Source: Phyllosticta citribraziliensis | Lineage: Eukaryota | Assembly (NCBI RefSeq): GCF_038025025.1 | Contig: NW_027117339.1 | Location: 682,001 to 746,000 of the forward strand | DNA: 64,000 nucleotides | Direction of reading: 5' to 3' | Shown here: in pieces, positions 22,948 to 35,300 of the stretch | Layout of the letters: each line of letters begins with the position of its first letter | Numbering within the stretch: the first letter of the stretch is position 1 | Position numbers and translations under genes: made by a program | The notes under the pieces: model-generated | Seen by the model: only the letters and a program-made list of their open reading frames with translations | Database searches by the model: none | What the model was told of the DNA's origin: nothing

Positions 22948-25449
22948 TCAAACGCTAATATGCTCCGAGTAAACCGGACCCCCCTTGTCATCCTCCACAT
23001 GCTTCCTCGGCGTCGCGGTCCCATTCAACTCCTCCACAAACTGCACCAACCCAACATCCTCCTGGGCCCTGGCCAGCATCTCAGTATCCTCGACGCTAGT
23101 ATTGCTGCCAAAGACCTGATCCATCTCCTCGAGGGTCTTGCCCTTGGTCTCGGGCATGAAGAAGTAGATGAAGACGCCGCCGAGGGCGGCCCAGCAGGCG
23201 AAGAAGATGTACATGCCCCAGCCGATGCTGTCGAGCATGCGCGGCGCGATGAGCGCGATGACGAAGTTGTTCATCCAGTTGGAGCTCACGCCGATGCTGC
23301 TACCCTTCGCGCGGATGCTGAGCGGGAAGATTTCCGCGATTAGGATCCAGCTGCCGGGGCCCCAGGATGCCGCGTAGTTGACCACGTAGATCCAGACGAA
23401 GACTGCGTTTGTGGGTTAGTGAGAGGATGGAGGATAGGGAGGGAGAGGCGCACCGACGGCTGCCCAGCCTGCTGCTTTGTGTGCGAGCCAGTCTTGCCCG
23501 CATGTTGCGATGATTACGCCAACGATGACCTGGCATATGGTCATGCCAACGGAACCGGTTATCATCATGGGCTTCCGGCCCAGCTTGTCAATGTAGAGAA
23601 TGGCCGGGACGGTAGTTACGGTGTTGAGTATGCCGATGACGCCCGTTGCAAGCATCGAAGAGCTGCTGCTGGTCAACCCCAGCGATTGGAAGATGGTTGA
23701 GGCACTATAAATATTTATTAGCAACGCATCGACTCAATCCAAAACCCCCGAACTCACTAGAAGAGGATCGAATCAATTCATGAGAGGTAGTCAGTAACGT
23801 GTATGATCATCTAGAGGTTCAAAAACTAACCTGTCCACTGCTGAAAAAACTTTGTGGAGGTTAGCAGAAGAACTGACCAGGAAGAGAGAGAAAGGGGGAC
23901 ACGGTGGGAGCCAAAAGAGATATCACTCCTGAGACTGCGACTGAAACCAAGGAGCATTCGCTCACTACTGCAGACGAAGCCTGGGAGCTGTCGGTGCTGC
24001 CATGGTTGCGCGTAGGGAGCATTTTTTCTTCGCCACCGAATTGGCGCACGGTGGATCAATTTTGACACCCACTGTGCGAGGAAGGAGCAAGGAGCGTCAT
24101 CGCACTTACCATGACCATGCCCGCCAACGTCACTCTCTTGAACGCATCCCGGCTCTTGAACAGACTCGCATACTGAACAATCTCGCGGCCCCACTCGCTG
24201 TCCGCCTTCATGTTTGGGAAGCGCTGCTTGTATATCCGATCCTCGAATTCGGCATCGGCCTTGATCTCAAGGAACTCGGCACGCACAAGTGGATGGTCCT
24301 CCGAAAGGTTGCGCAGGTAGGAGATCGACTTGATGGCTTGGGCGTCTTTGCCCTTTGACACCAAGAAACGAGGCGAGAAAGGCATGAACCACACGCCCAA
24401 AGCAAGGCAGACGGCCGGCACACCCTGCACGATCATGGGAGTGCGCCAGGACATTGAACTTTGGCCTGCACCAGTGCCGCCAATGTAGTTTGTGCCATAC
24501 TGGAGGGACGCCGAAGGTCAGTGTTCGGCCTCGCCCCTGAACCACACTCCCCTGTATTCTTGGACTTACAGAGATCCAGTAAGCGCACATCAAGCCAATG
24601 TTGGTGTTCAAATGTTGCATCGAAATGATGAAGCCGCGAAGTTCGGGGGGCGCCAACTCGGCGTTGTACAGGGGGCTGTGGTTCGTGTCAGCCGTCAAAC
24701 CCACACATGCCTTTTCGTTCAACAGTAACGCAACGCCCGAGGACCAAACACTTACCCTACGGCAGAGAGAGTTCCAACACCGATACCAGTGAAGAATCTA
24801 CCAGCGTACAGATATCCAGGGGCACTTGCTCCAGCGCACAGGTAAGATCCCAGGATCACCCACAGAGCACCCCAGAACATGGTGTACTTGCGCGAGAAGA
24901 CTTGAGCGAAGACTCCGCTCGTCAGAGCGCCAGCCCAGCCGCCCAGTTGGAGGATTGAGGTCAACCATCCCAGGTTCGTCGAGTTGTTGGCAACGTTGGG
25001 GAACTGATATTTGGCTTTGTTAGCTCGGGGCCTCGACGCAGAAATTGAGGCCGTACCTGTTCGATGAAGGAGTGCATCACGGCTGCTTGGCCGATCACAC
25101 CTTGTTGGTAACCATAGAGGAGACCACCAAATCTGTGAAATGTGAGCATGTGATTCGAATAGAGGCGGCTCGATGCTGATTTTCGTTTCTCCCAGCATAG
25201 CAGGCGCAGGAAGAAACGAAACCTCCTGGCAATGTATCCACGCCGGGAGCATTCGTTCGCTGCTATGGTTACGCCATTGGAGCTTTCCCATTGAGCCTCA
25301 GGGGAGCTGGAATCGACTCACGATGCAAAAGCAGAGATCAGCAAAAGCTTCTTGTTTTGCCAAATGGCCTTGTAGATGTTGTCTGGGGTCTCCGACGTCT
25401 CGCTCCGCAATTTGGCAGTGATGCCCTGCAGGGTCTGCGTTGGCGCCAT
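22948..25449 (-). CDS. MFS sugar porter (many exons, including 19- and 22-nt microexons); one acceptor is non-canonical, so the gene may be disabled
   Basis: FGGLLYGYQQG, GRFFTGIGVG, LYNAELAPPELRG, FFQQWTG|IDSILFY|AS, SWGPGSWILIAEIFPLSIRAKG and PETKGKTLEEMD. Confidence 0.9.
23930..24027 (-). repeat. ~33-bp minisatellite, 3 degenerate units, inside a sugar-transporter intron
   Basis: Minus strand: aaaaatGCTCCctacgcgcaaccatggcagc / acaGCTCCcaggcttcgtctgcagtagtg / cgaatGCTCCttgg; 32-33 nt period. Confidence 0.7.
25238..25307 (-). repeat. ~33-bp minisatellite, 2 or more units, inside intron 1 of the sugar transporter
   Basis: Minus strand: aaaGCTCCaatggcgtaaccatagcagcgaacgaatGCTCCcggcg; 33-nt period. 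Confidence 0.7.
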
Positions 25450-26315
25450 TTTACAGCGCGTGGGAAGTGTTGAAAGAAAGTGGACCTCGAAACTGATTGT
25501 TGGGTCAAGCTGGTCGGTTGAGCTCCTGAAGGCCTGGAGACGAGGACACAGCAGCGAGAACTCGCGAAAGACTTAAAGCCCTTGCACTTCCCCCAGATGC
25601 GGGGCCCCACGCCCAGCTTGGTGGCCTCAGTGGAGCAGTATGATACTCTCCGCGTTTGCTTGTCCCACTGTAGTTGCGGAGCAGGTTTCTCGCAATGGTT
25701 GTCTCCGCGCATCATAGCGTGACATTTTTCTTTCTCCATTCTGGCCAGCCTTGCGGTAACCCCCGTAACGAGGTCCCCGGGCCCTGGATTGCAGCGGGTG
25801 CATGGGTCCCCTGCTGGGAGAGGCCAGCGAAAGGGTCCTCCATGGTTGGCTTTATTGCCTTGACACCTGCGCCGAAATGGACGCGGCAACTCAAGCGCGA
25901 TTTTGTTATGAATCAGAAAATGAGATTCTTCAGGCCATTGACGATTGGACTCGATGACGCAGAGAAGGACGAAGTAGAAACAGAATGGGAAACCCATTGA
26001 AGTTCGGACACGCTCATAACAGGAAACCCGAGACCTCGACCGGATCTAGGGCGGCAATGAGTTTGCAGATCCAGGGCCATGTGCCGCATGAGATCGGGAC
26101 AATGTCCTGCTCTTCAATGTTTGACAATCTGTCGAATTTCTGCTGGTGTTTTAATTGCACATGACGGAGTAGGAGACACTTTCTGGACGGGCACGTGGGT
26201 CGTGGTCGTTGATGTTCCAGCTTCGGGCGTGGCACAGAGGGTGTCGAAAGGAATGAGGCCTCGCGGGTCTAGCCAGCAACAGACCACGGCTAACTGCTCG
26301 CATCTGTAATCGCGG

Positions 26316-26422
26316 ACGTTTGCTCCTTAGGTGTCGCTGTAACAGTAGATGAGTGCTCCCTAGGCGTCGCTGTGAAAGCAGATGAACGCTCCCTGGGCGC
26401 AACAATGGCAGGGCAGATGAAT
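26316..26422 (+). repeat. ~33-bp minisatellite, 3 units, upstream of the Zn2Cys6 TF
   Basis: acgtttgctccttaggtgtcgctgtaacagtag / atgagtgctccctaggcgtcgctgtgaaagcag / atgaacgctccctgggcgcaacaatggcagggcag / atgaat. Confidence 0.85.
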
Positions 26423-26571
26423 TTGTGGTTGCCGGTCAAGTGACTCGGCTAAATTGATGGATGGATGCGTCGCCCTCACTCGCCGTACGTCGTCCCCGCA
26501 TCAGCGCCGTCTCCCCAAGCCTGGGGAAGCACAAGCATGTTCGATCTCCCCCTCATTGTCGACATTCGACG

Positions 26572-28535
26572 ATGACAACAACAGAAACCCGGGCGGAGCG
26601 CCGGCGGCGCGTTCGAAAACCCCGGGGCCGAGGCTTGAGAACACGTACCGGTTGGTGAGCCTCCACCAACCAGCCTTGTGGAATGCCGGCACCTGCTAAC
26701 GGTTGCCGGAAGCACCACTTGCCGCCGTAGACACCTGAAATGCGACGAGGTGACGCCCCTGTGCGGGCCATGTGCAAAAAGCAACCATGAGTGCGTGTAC
26801 GCCAATGCCAGTCGAGATGAGGTACGAGCAAGCCAGGTAGCACAGGAATCTGGGGCCCCTCCGAGGCCTTCAGACTTTTCAGAGCAGAGCTTCTCGCTCG
26901 CTGACAGTTTGGAACTCAATTCGGCAATCTCACCTGAGGGCGTCTTTCACGCACAATATGACGATGCCGACGCGGCGACATCCACTTTACCGGTCACCAC
27001 TACTGCCGCCGACGATTCGACTGCCAGTCCCGGTGACTCTTCCTATACCGGAGTCAGTGGCGCCACTGCACGGTGGTTTGGCTTGTTGCTCGATGATGCG
27101 GCTCTGGGCCTTGAGATCGACGCTGGAAATGCCTTTCAACTGGCTGCTGGGGCTGGCGACGCGCTGTTCCGACCAACAAACCCCCTAGATCCTGACAGTG
27201 CTCCTCACTTCAGCCCAGTACAGAGTAGCCATGTAAACGAGCATGCTCTGTGGCAGTGTCCCGAAAGACTACAGCTGCTGCCAAACCAATGCTTAGTGTT
27301 TGAAAACTTTGTGCGCAGAGTGGCGTCCTTCATGGACTTGTTCGATGCGGAGCGCCACTTTTCTGTCCTGGTCCCTCGTCTCGCAGTAGGTTCTGCCCAA
27401 TACATGATCAGAATTCCGAAAAGATGCACATGAAACTGACACGTGTAGATGTACAATGCGGGACTCATGAATGCTCTTCTGGCGCTTTCTGCTCGCCACC
27501 TATCACTAAATCCGTCCGTGGCCCTGAACGCTCCTCATGATCGGAACGGAGCACTCAAGTATTACTATGAGACTTTGCATTATGTGCAAAAGGCGATGCA
27601 GTTTGACTCTTACAAGACATCCCTGGAGCTTTTGGCGACAGCGTTGATCGTTTCAACGTATGAGATGTTTGATGGCTCCCGCAAAGATTGGGAGAGGCAC
27701 CTCAAGGGAGTCTTCTGGATCCAACGCTCCCAAGAAATCAACGGCGAAAGCGGAGGGCTTAGAGCCGCTATCTGGATGGCGTGGCTGACGCAGGATACCT
27801 GGGCCGCGTTTCGAGAGAACCGAAGAGCGTTCACGATTTTCCGTCCAACCAGAGCACTCAAAGACTTGAACGAGTACGAGCTGGCATGTCGCTCAGTTTT
27901 TCTCTTTACCAAGGCGGTCAACTACTGCTCGAAAGAGGAGGTGGAGCTGGAACCTAGCAGCATAGCCGCCAGAGCCGCCAAGGCGGATGGTTTGCTGGCC
28001 TTGCTGCAAGAGTGGCAGTCCTTTCTGACGCTCAAGTTTGCCCCCTTGCCGATAAACGACAGCGTCGATTCCGACATTTTCCAGCCAATCTGGATACACC
28101 CGCCAGCATTCGGTAAGAATCGGACCCAGAAATGAGCTTCGATACGGAGTACTGACTGCGCGAAGCGGTGGCCATCCAACTCCATCACGCCGCCCGGATA
28201 CTGATCCACTTGAATCGCCCCTCGGTCGGTGGCTTGGGTGGGTACATGCGGACGCAGAAGGAGGTTGCTGCCTCTGCTGATACCATAGCCGGGATCGCGA
28301 TGCCCCTAAATGATGACGGCGCTTCGCTCATCTCTTCGCAATGTCTGTTCATAGGTAAATCCACCTCTGCTAGGACGATTTGGGGCAAGCTGACACACCC
28401 GCAGCTGGAATGTGCACGACAGATGCGAGAAAGCGGGATGCCATTCTAGTTCTCATCGATGCGTGCCGGCAGCGGACGGGCTGGCCAATCAAACCTTTGG
28501 GAGAAGAGTTGCAGGAGCTCTGGAGTAGATGTTGA
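26572..28535 (+). CDS. Zn(II)2Cys6 transcription factor with a Fungal_trans_2-type domain
   Basis: GLRTRTGC|TTCRRRHLKCDEVTPLCGPCAKSNHEC, LMNALLALSARHL, YEMFDGSRKDWERHLKG and RQRTGWP. An alternative in-frame ATG lies at 26461. Confidence 0.92.
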
Positions 28536-28785
28536 AAAAAAAAGCCCGGGAAGCCTCGAGGCTTGGTGAAGAGGATCGCCGCAGAAGCATCAAATATCTA
28601 CGATCTCCCCGTAGATTCATCCCTGCCATTCGACGCCTGTCTTACGGGTCGTGGCAATGAGTTTGCTTGATAGACGTCATAGCATATAGACACTGGAAGA
28701 TACGGAGAGGACTCTTACGCATTAGAAGGTAGATAGAAGCATTTGATCAAATACCTATGGGTTTCGGTTCTTTCATACACAGCCT

Positions 28786-29705
28786 CTATGCCTTTCCAGC
28801 TGAGCCACAATATTCCATCCATTTCGCCGTCAGCCCAATTACTTGCTCGACGCCCTGCTCCATCAATGTCGTCAGAGAAATCTTTCCAGCATTTGCAGCG
28901 AAGTGATCCAAGTAGTCATCGAGGACCAGCTTGTTGACGTTGATTTTGGAAACTCCGGCTGCAATGCACTGCTTCATTAGCTCCGGAGCAAAGCTGTTGG
29001 TGCCGTGTAGTGCTATCCGCACGCGACCGTTTGTGGTTTTGGTGAGGTCGCTGAGTCTGGATATGACATCAGCAATGCCAGATTCGAGAGAGAACGAGCA
29101 ATCTACCTTGGAAAATCCAGTTGTGGTCCCTCTGGCCCATACTCGCCGTGGACGTTGCCAATTGCCGGCGCCAGGATGTCGACACCTGTGTTCAGAAACG
29201 CCGTCGCCTGCTCCGACGTAGTCTTGCTCCCTTCCAAGCCTTCGGTGTCCATGATTCCATCCTCTCCTCCTTCGATGCGCCCCGGCTCGGCCTCCGTCGC
29301 GATTTCTCTCGCGTGACAGTATTCGACCAGCTCGGTGGTGCGGGCGAGGTTCTCGGCTTCTTCGTAGTGCGACATGTCGACCATTATGCTGTCAAAGGGC
29401 AGCGTGTCCGCCGCGAGCCGGATGAGCTTCTCGTCTTGCGCATGGTCAAGGTGTATCGAAATGGGTACGGTGGCGGTCTTGATGGCTTCGGCGGCAGTGC
29501 GAATGAGCAGACCATCAGAGAAAGTTATCGCCCAGGGAAAGAACTGCAGGATGAGGGGCGAGCGCGTCTTTTCTGCGGCGCGCACTAGGCCAAGAATCTG
29601 CTCAATGTTGTACGCAATGGCGGCGAGGACGCCATATTTGCCCTCCTCGGCCGCCCTGAGAATTTGCAGCGTCTTGTTGCTCTGTTTCCAGTTCGTGGCA
29701 CCCAT
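28786..29705 (-). CDS. Class II (Zn) ketose-bisphosphate aldolase, non-glycolytic paralog
   Basis: IHLDH, SIMVDMS, EAEPGRIEG, APAIGNVHG, ALHG and KINVN; one intron at about 29055-29106. Confidence 0.92.
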
Positions 29706-30214
29706 CGCGATTGTAATTGATGTGTTGGTGATTGGGAGCCACCTGCTATTTCATGGGTCGACAATCTTGCCTCTGTAAACCGTAACGGACGTCATGGTGG
29801 AGAGCTGCGACAGGAGCCACTTGCCGAGCAAGGGCCTCCAGCTTTCTGGTCCTGAACTCTGAAGAAGCTGGAGAAAGCGGGGACGAACGGATACCCAGGC
29901 GCCCATGCGGATGCGATTCAGCGGCGCGGAGGAGGGAAACCTTGACGCGTGTGGTGCCACAATGCCGCATGCCCTCGTGTCGATGGTGTTGCGGGACCGA
30001 GGGCCACCGAGCCGAGCCGTGCTGCTGATTTCCACCAGCGCTGCGAGGTCCCCCGAAACGAGTCCACCACACTTCCACGCGCGCGTCCGGATGCCCAACC
30101 TTGATGATGAAGATTACCCAGCCTGCGTAATACGCTGGCCTGAGAATGGGCTCTCCTCTCTCGCGTGGAACTTTCCTCACCACCAGAACTCCTGACTGAA
30201 ACCAATTGCCCACC

Positions 30215-31252
30215 ATGGCTTCCTCAACTCCAGCTCAAGCTCCCGCCGCGGCGTCGTCGTCTTCGGCTGTTCACATCGAGATGAAGATAACTCTTGCGGG
30301 CAAAGTAATCGCAAGTAATTGCCTCTCCACCCGCTCGAAAGCTTCTCCGCTCACGGGTTTCCAACATAGTTACCGGCGCAAACCGTGGAATCGGGCTCGG
30401 AATTGCTGAGTGCTGTTTGACCAACGGAGCGACCCGCGTTTATTCGATAGACATCTCTGCCCCAGGCGATGACTTTGGTGCCGTAGCCGAGCGATTCCCA
30501 GGCCAGCTGCTGGCCGTGCAGGCCGATGTCACACAAGAGGAGTCCGTCGAGCAGGCCGTGAGCAAGATTGTAGAGGAGGCGGGAGCTTTGCACGGCATGG
30601 TCGTGAATGCTGGACGTACCAAACATAAGCCGGCGCTCGAGTTCACCAAGGAGGAGATTGAGAGCCTTTTCTCCGTGAATCTCTTTGGCGCTTTCTTCTG
30701 TGCGAGGGTAGCGGCCAGGACGTTCATCAAGCTTGGAATCAAAGGATCCATCGTGTTCACGGCGTCCATGGCCTCTTACCGGCCGAACAAGGTAAGTCGT
30801 CTTCTTGGAGTTTTCCTGGACGAAGTAGGCGTGGGAGCAGTCGAGGCAGCTTGCAGTCGGTAGCAGCTGAGGTAATCGCTGATGTCTTTCAGCGCGTGCC
30901 ATCGGCTCCGTATGGTGCGAGCAAGGCAGGAATTCGTAATATGACGCATACGCTGGCCATGGAGTGGGCTCAGTACGGGATTCGAGTGAACAGCATCAGT
31001 CCAGGTCTTGTGAACACTGCCATGACGTACTGGGTCCCCCAGCAGCCCGATTGGGAGCAGCAGTTGAAGTACTACGGTGGCATTCCGAGGCTGGCAGAAG
31101 TGCAAGAGCTGGGAGGAGCCTACGTCTACCTTTTGAGCGATGCTGCCTCGTACACCACCAGCATCGACATACCTGTGAATGGTGTCATCGGGAGTAAGTG
31201 ACTCTGAAATATCGCTTAGCAGGATGAAAGCTGACTCCATCAAGTTTGCTAA
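30215..31252 (+). CDS. Short-chain dehydrogenase/reductase (polyol/ketose reductase-like)
   Basis: ITGANRGIG, VVNAG, TASMAS, YGASK and IRVNSISPG; 3 introns. Confidence 0.92.
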
Positions 31253-31720
31253 ATGGTGATAGAGTGCCATGTAGTCATCTGCATAGCCAGAGAAGAAAAA
31301 TCAGCGATGTAGACCGGAGCTTCATGGCTTCCTTGGCTTGTGTTCTGCTAGTTCTCGCCTCACTTGCATGATCCACGATTCAAGTGAAGTTCAAGCAAAA
31401 TTGAGCCTCACCGAAAAAGCGTTTCCACGCGTACTGGCATTGAAGATGTTGATGCGCTGACAAGCAGCTCTAAACAGCAAATTGATCGAGGTTCGTAGTC
31501 TCAAGCGTGTTGTAGGAAGTGTTTGGGCATCAAGCTGTGCCTTCCTCGTTGTCAAGCCCTACTACCGTCCAGACTCCCAGATCAGGAAGGAACTCTGGGT
31601 GCACCTGCCTCTGACTGGCATCCCAGCCAAAAGAGGCTTCCTACTTACCAGCACCCCTCCTCAACCCTCCATCCTTCTACACCACCACCCTCAACTCTGC
31701 ATCCTTCTGCACCTCCCTCC

Positions 31721-31770
31721 TCCACCACACTCCACCACACTCCACCACACTCCACCACACTCCACCACAC
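31721..31770 (+). repeat. (TCCACCACAC)x5 perfect tandem repeat, preceded by a ~30-bp C/A-rich duplication
   Basis: Read directly at 31721-31770; cctcaac..catccttct.cacc occurs twice at about 31659-31720. Confidence 0.95.
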
Positions 31771-32357
31771 TCCCTCCACTACATATCCATCCTTTCACCT
31801 CTTCTATCCTCAACACTCTGCCCATTGACTCTTGGAGTATCGCTGTGGACTGCATAACATCCAGTCAGACAGCACTTGGTAAGTCAACCCTGCTCTCACT
31901 CTTCGAACGTGGCACTGACTGCCCAGCCAAGCTCAGATCACACCTCAAAAATAAACTGCTACATCACGACTTCTCCAGACACACAACCTTGCATTCTTAC
32001 CACATCGCGGCCTTCAGAGCATCGGCGTTGGGGCGAGAGTACCCCACGGTGCTCAAGCCTCATTCTCACCTAGGATTGTGCTTTTTACGGCAAGATTCTC
32101 TGATTCAAGTCCGGAAATCTGCTCTCACCCGAGTTCCAAAGCATTGGCCTCGGGCCGGTGCTATCAGAGCCACTACCCAAGCACAGTACTTCTGTGCATG
32201 TTCACCTACATTAATTCAAGGGCGACCATCCACAGAAGCGTACTCCAAGTAGCATCCTTCGTGCGGTCCATCAAAAAGCCCTCTCACTTCTCTCAGTTCT
32301 GGCATCAGTCCAGCTCAAGTCCTCCACCAGCAAACTCAGCCATCGTCTCAGCCCGTC

Positions 32358-35300
32358 ATGGAAAATGCATTGGTTGGGAATCCAGATCAACTCAAAGATG
32401 GCTTACGCAAGGATTCCATTGACTTCCTCGTCAATCACGTAATCTTGCCTCCGAAGCTCCCTCAACAAAGAGAAAGCGAGGATGAAGAGACCAGGGGCGA
32501 ACAAAAGCTTCTTCAATTCGTGGAGACGACTATAACGAACTTCTCTCGCAATTTTCAGGATCAGGCCAAAAAGAAAGCCTGGCACGCTGCCAGATCAGCC
32601 GTGCAGAACTGGTCCAAATCATTGCAGGACGGTGTGCTCCGCGAAGAAAGCCTCGCTGAAAGAATCTCTGGCCTGAAAGAGTCTGGTAAGGCGATCTCTC
32701 TCATGTCCATTTGATTTTGCATGTGCTGATAGAATCATAGAGCCTTTCATGATCCACGTAAAGGCTGCCAATTCCGGCCTGCTCATTCGAAGGACTGGGG
32801 ATGATCAGGTTGTCTTTGACGCATTCGAGGCGTCTCCGAAGGCAGGCGATGTCATCCACACAGAAGGAAGACTCATTCACGCGTTCCCTGGTCGCAGTGT
32901 GTCTGTCCCCTGGAGCACTTTCGCCGACAAACGGCTGTGTCAAGAGCTTGCTTCGATGATCCATCGCTTGCACAAGGAACGCGTCCCGCTTATGACAGCG
33001 TGCGGTCGAAATGATGGCGATACTTCTGATGACGAACGTGAATGCCACCCGGGATTAGTGACTGAGCTCTTGCTCAGTATTGTTGCCGTGTTTGGTGACA
33101 ACTTCGACAGCCCCAAGATTCAGAAGCATCTCAGAGACGAGGTCAACTGGGACGGCAGCAAGCTACCTTGGAGGAGATCACCGCTTTGGCTGGTGACCCG
33201 TGTCTCCTTGAACCTAGTGCTTCAAGCGACTTTGGGACATTCCTTAGCACGAATTAACTACAAATCCTTTATGGTCTTCCTCATCGCCAGGATAAGCGAC
33301 GCCGCCAAAGACTCGGTCGACTCTGATATCAAGGCCATAATCAACACGAAGTTGTCTCGGAGATTGATGAAGTTGGGCGGTGACAGTTTCAGGTCTGCCA
33401 TCGCCAGAGCGGAAGATGCGGTATCCCATAACCGTAATTTTTTGGAATCTCGCTGGTTGGAGTTCCAGCACAAAGAGAAGAAGAAGGGACTCATCAAAAA
33501 AGCACCCCACGTTGCCACCGAAGATGATACAAACCTGCTCTTGTCAAAAAGTCAAGTTTACCTGGCTGAAGCAATCAAGAACAACTCTTTCCAGGCTCGG
33601 ACAACGGAGGCCCCTATCAGCGAACCTGTTTCATTGGGATTTACTCAGGACGGACTCCCTTTCTTAAACGAAGTGCTAGATCCACAACAGCAAGCCATCG
33701 TGCTTGAGGATTTTGAAGAATGGGTGTTCGAAAAGCTGTTCTCATGGAAGCAGGGCCAGAAAAGCTGCGAGAGAGGGTGCGAGTCAGTCGGAGCTATCTT
33801 GAGAAGCTACGTGGCACTCTCTCGTCCGTTGTACAGCGACAATCCCCGAGCAAACTCAATTATGGTCCTCACCATCCTGGAGATTTGGAGAGTTCTCGAC
33901 ACCATGTGTCTAGAAGTCTACCCGATGCTAAAGGAATACAGCCCGGAAATAGATCCTCATGCTCTCGAACCTCTTTTACTCCCACGACTATCTCACATGA
34001 AAATTCTGCAGAAAATTGAGCAGTACCTTGAGGAGAGGCACAAAGGAATCTCTACCCATAGTCGCATTCTGCAGGAGTCCAAGGACGACAGCTTTTCTGT
34101 GAGATTCTACGACGCTTCGCCGCAACACCAGAAGCTGAAGGCCAAGATCGAGCGACTGGCAAGATCACGAAGGAATGAGAAGACCCGAGAGTGGAAGAAC
34201 AAGAAAAAGCAGCACGAGCAGCTCTGCACCGATGCTCGGAAACTGATTCATGAACACGTAAAGTGGAATAAGACAGCGTGTCGAGGTTGCGAACCGTGCA
34301 CTCTGGAGCGGCAAGCCAAAGAGATCACAATCAGCGTAGACGAATGGCCTCTTCCGAAGGCCTTGTCTCAGCTCAAAGCCGCCGTGTTTGAACTGGATTG
34401 TCCTCGTGGGTTCTCAGCTTGGCGCGATGCTACCTGGCTGATCTTGCAGGACCTTGGCAGAGGCGATCTCGTTTCCTGCAAACCGGTCCGAGCGGAGCTA
34501 TTCAACTACGAAAACCTGAAGGAGCATGCGGTAAGCAAAGGCCAGAGGATCGTTTTCGGTTCAACAGCCAGGTCATGTCTTTCTTCACAGCCACACGGTT
34601 TCCCTATCGATCTTGCAGAGGTCTTGCACGACAATGAGCTCGACTATCGCTTAATGGATAGCTTGAAAAAGGGTTGGGTGGCAGACCAAGCTCGAGCCCC
34701 AGGCTTCCAGCCTCTTTGCGTGTCCACTTTGCCTGCAGGCCCTTACCAGGATTCTGGATTGCAGCACTTTGTTGACAAGAGCTCCTTCGCGCCAAACGAC
34801 GTGATCGCACGACAAACCAAGTGCGTCAGTGGAATAAGCCACCACGAATTCCTTGCATTTGCAAGCTTGCGTGCCGGGGAGCGAACACAATGGCTCAATA
34901 TCTTGAGAGAACTGGGATCGGCAGACATGACTTTCGGAGCGGAATCTGTGCATATCTTAATTCGACAGACTGCGTTACAAGCTGGATCTAGCAACAGGAC
35001 AACACTCAGAGCGGCCCATCGTTTCTTCGCGGACGATGCATTCTGTGGTCAGCTCCTTAGCATATTAGACGGTCACGCAAAGGCAATACAGGCAAACTGG
35101 AAGGAACACCATCGCCTGTCGACGTTGATTATCCTGGTGCTCCGGACTTTGTCCCTCACAGAAGACTCTGCCATTGAAGACCGAGCCATTGAGCTTTTGC
35201 GAAGGCTCCGCGGAGTCGGTCTGTCATGGTGTCGCCAAATGGCGATTCAGCTGCCGTCATGTTCGACGGAGGGATCGGCCAAGCAGCTCAGGGAAGCGAT

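Noticed and set aside
28786..31252. Aldolase/SDR pair as the L-rhamnose (LRA) pathway for rutin-derived sugar
   Set aside because: The fungal LRA pathway needs a lactonase, an enolase-family dehydratase and a DHDPS-like aldolase; none is seen, and this aldolase is class II FBA-type.
31482..32252. 256-aa ORF with HSTTLHHTPP repeats
   Set aside because: Translation artefact of the 10-bp tandem repeat; non-ATG start.
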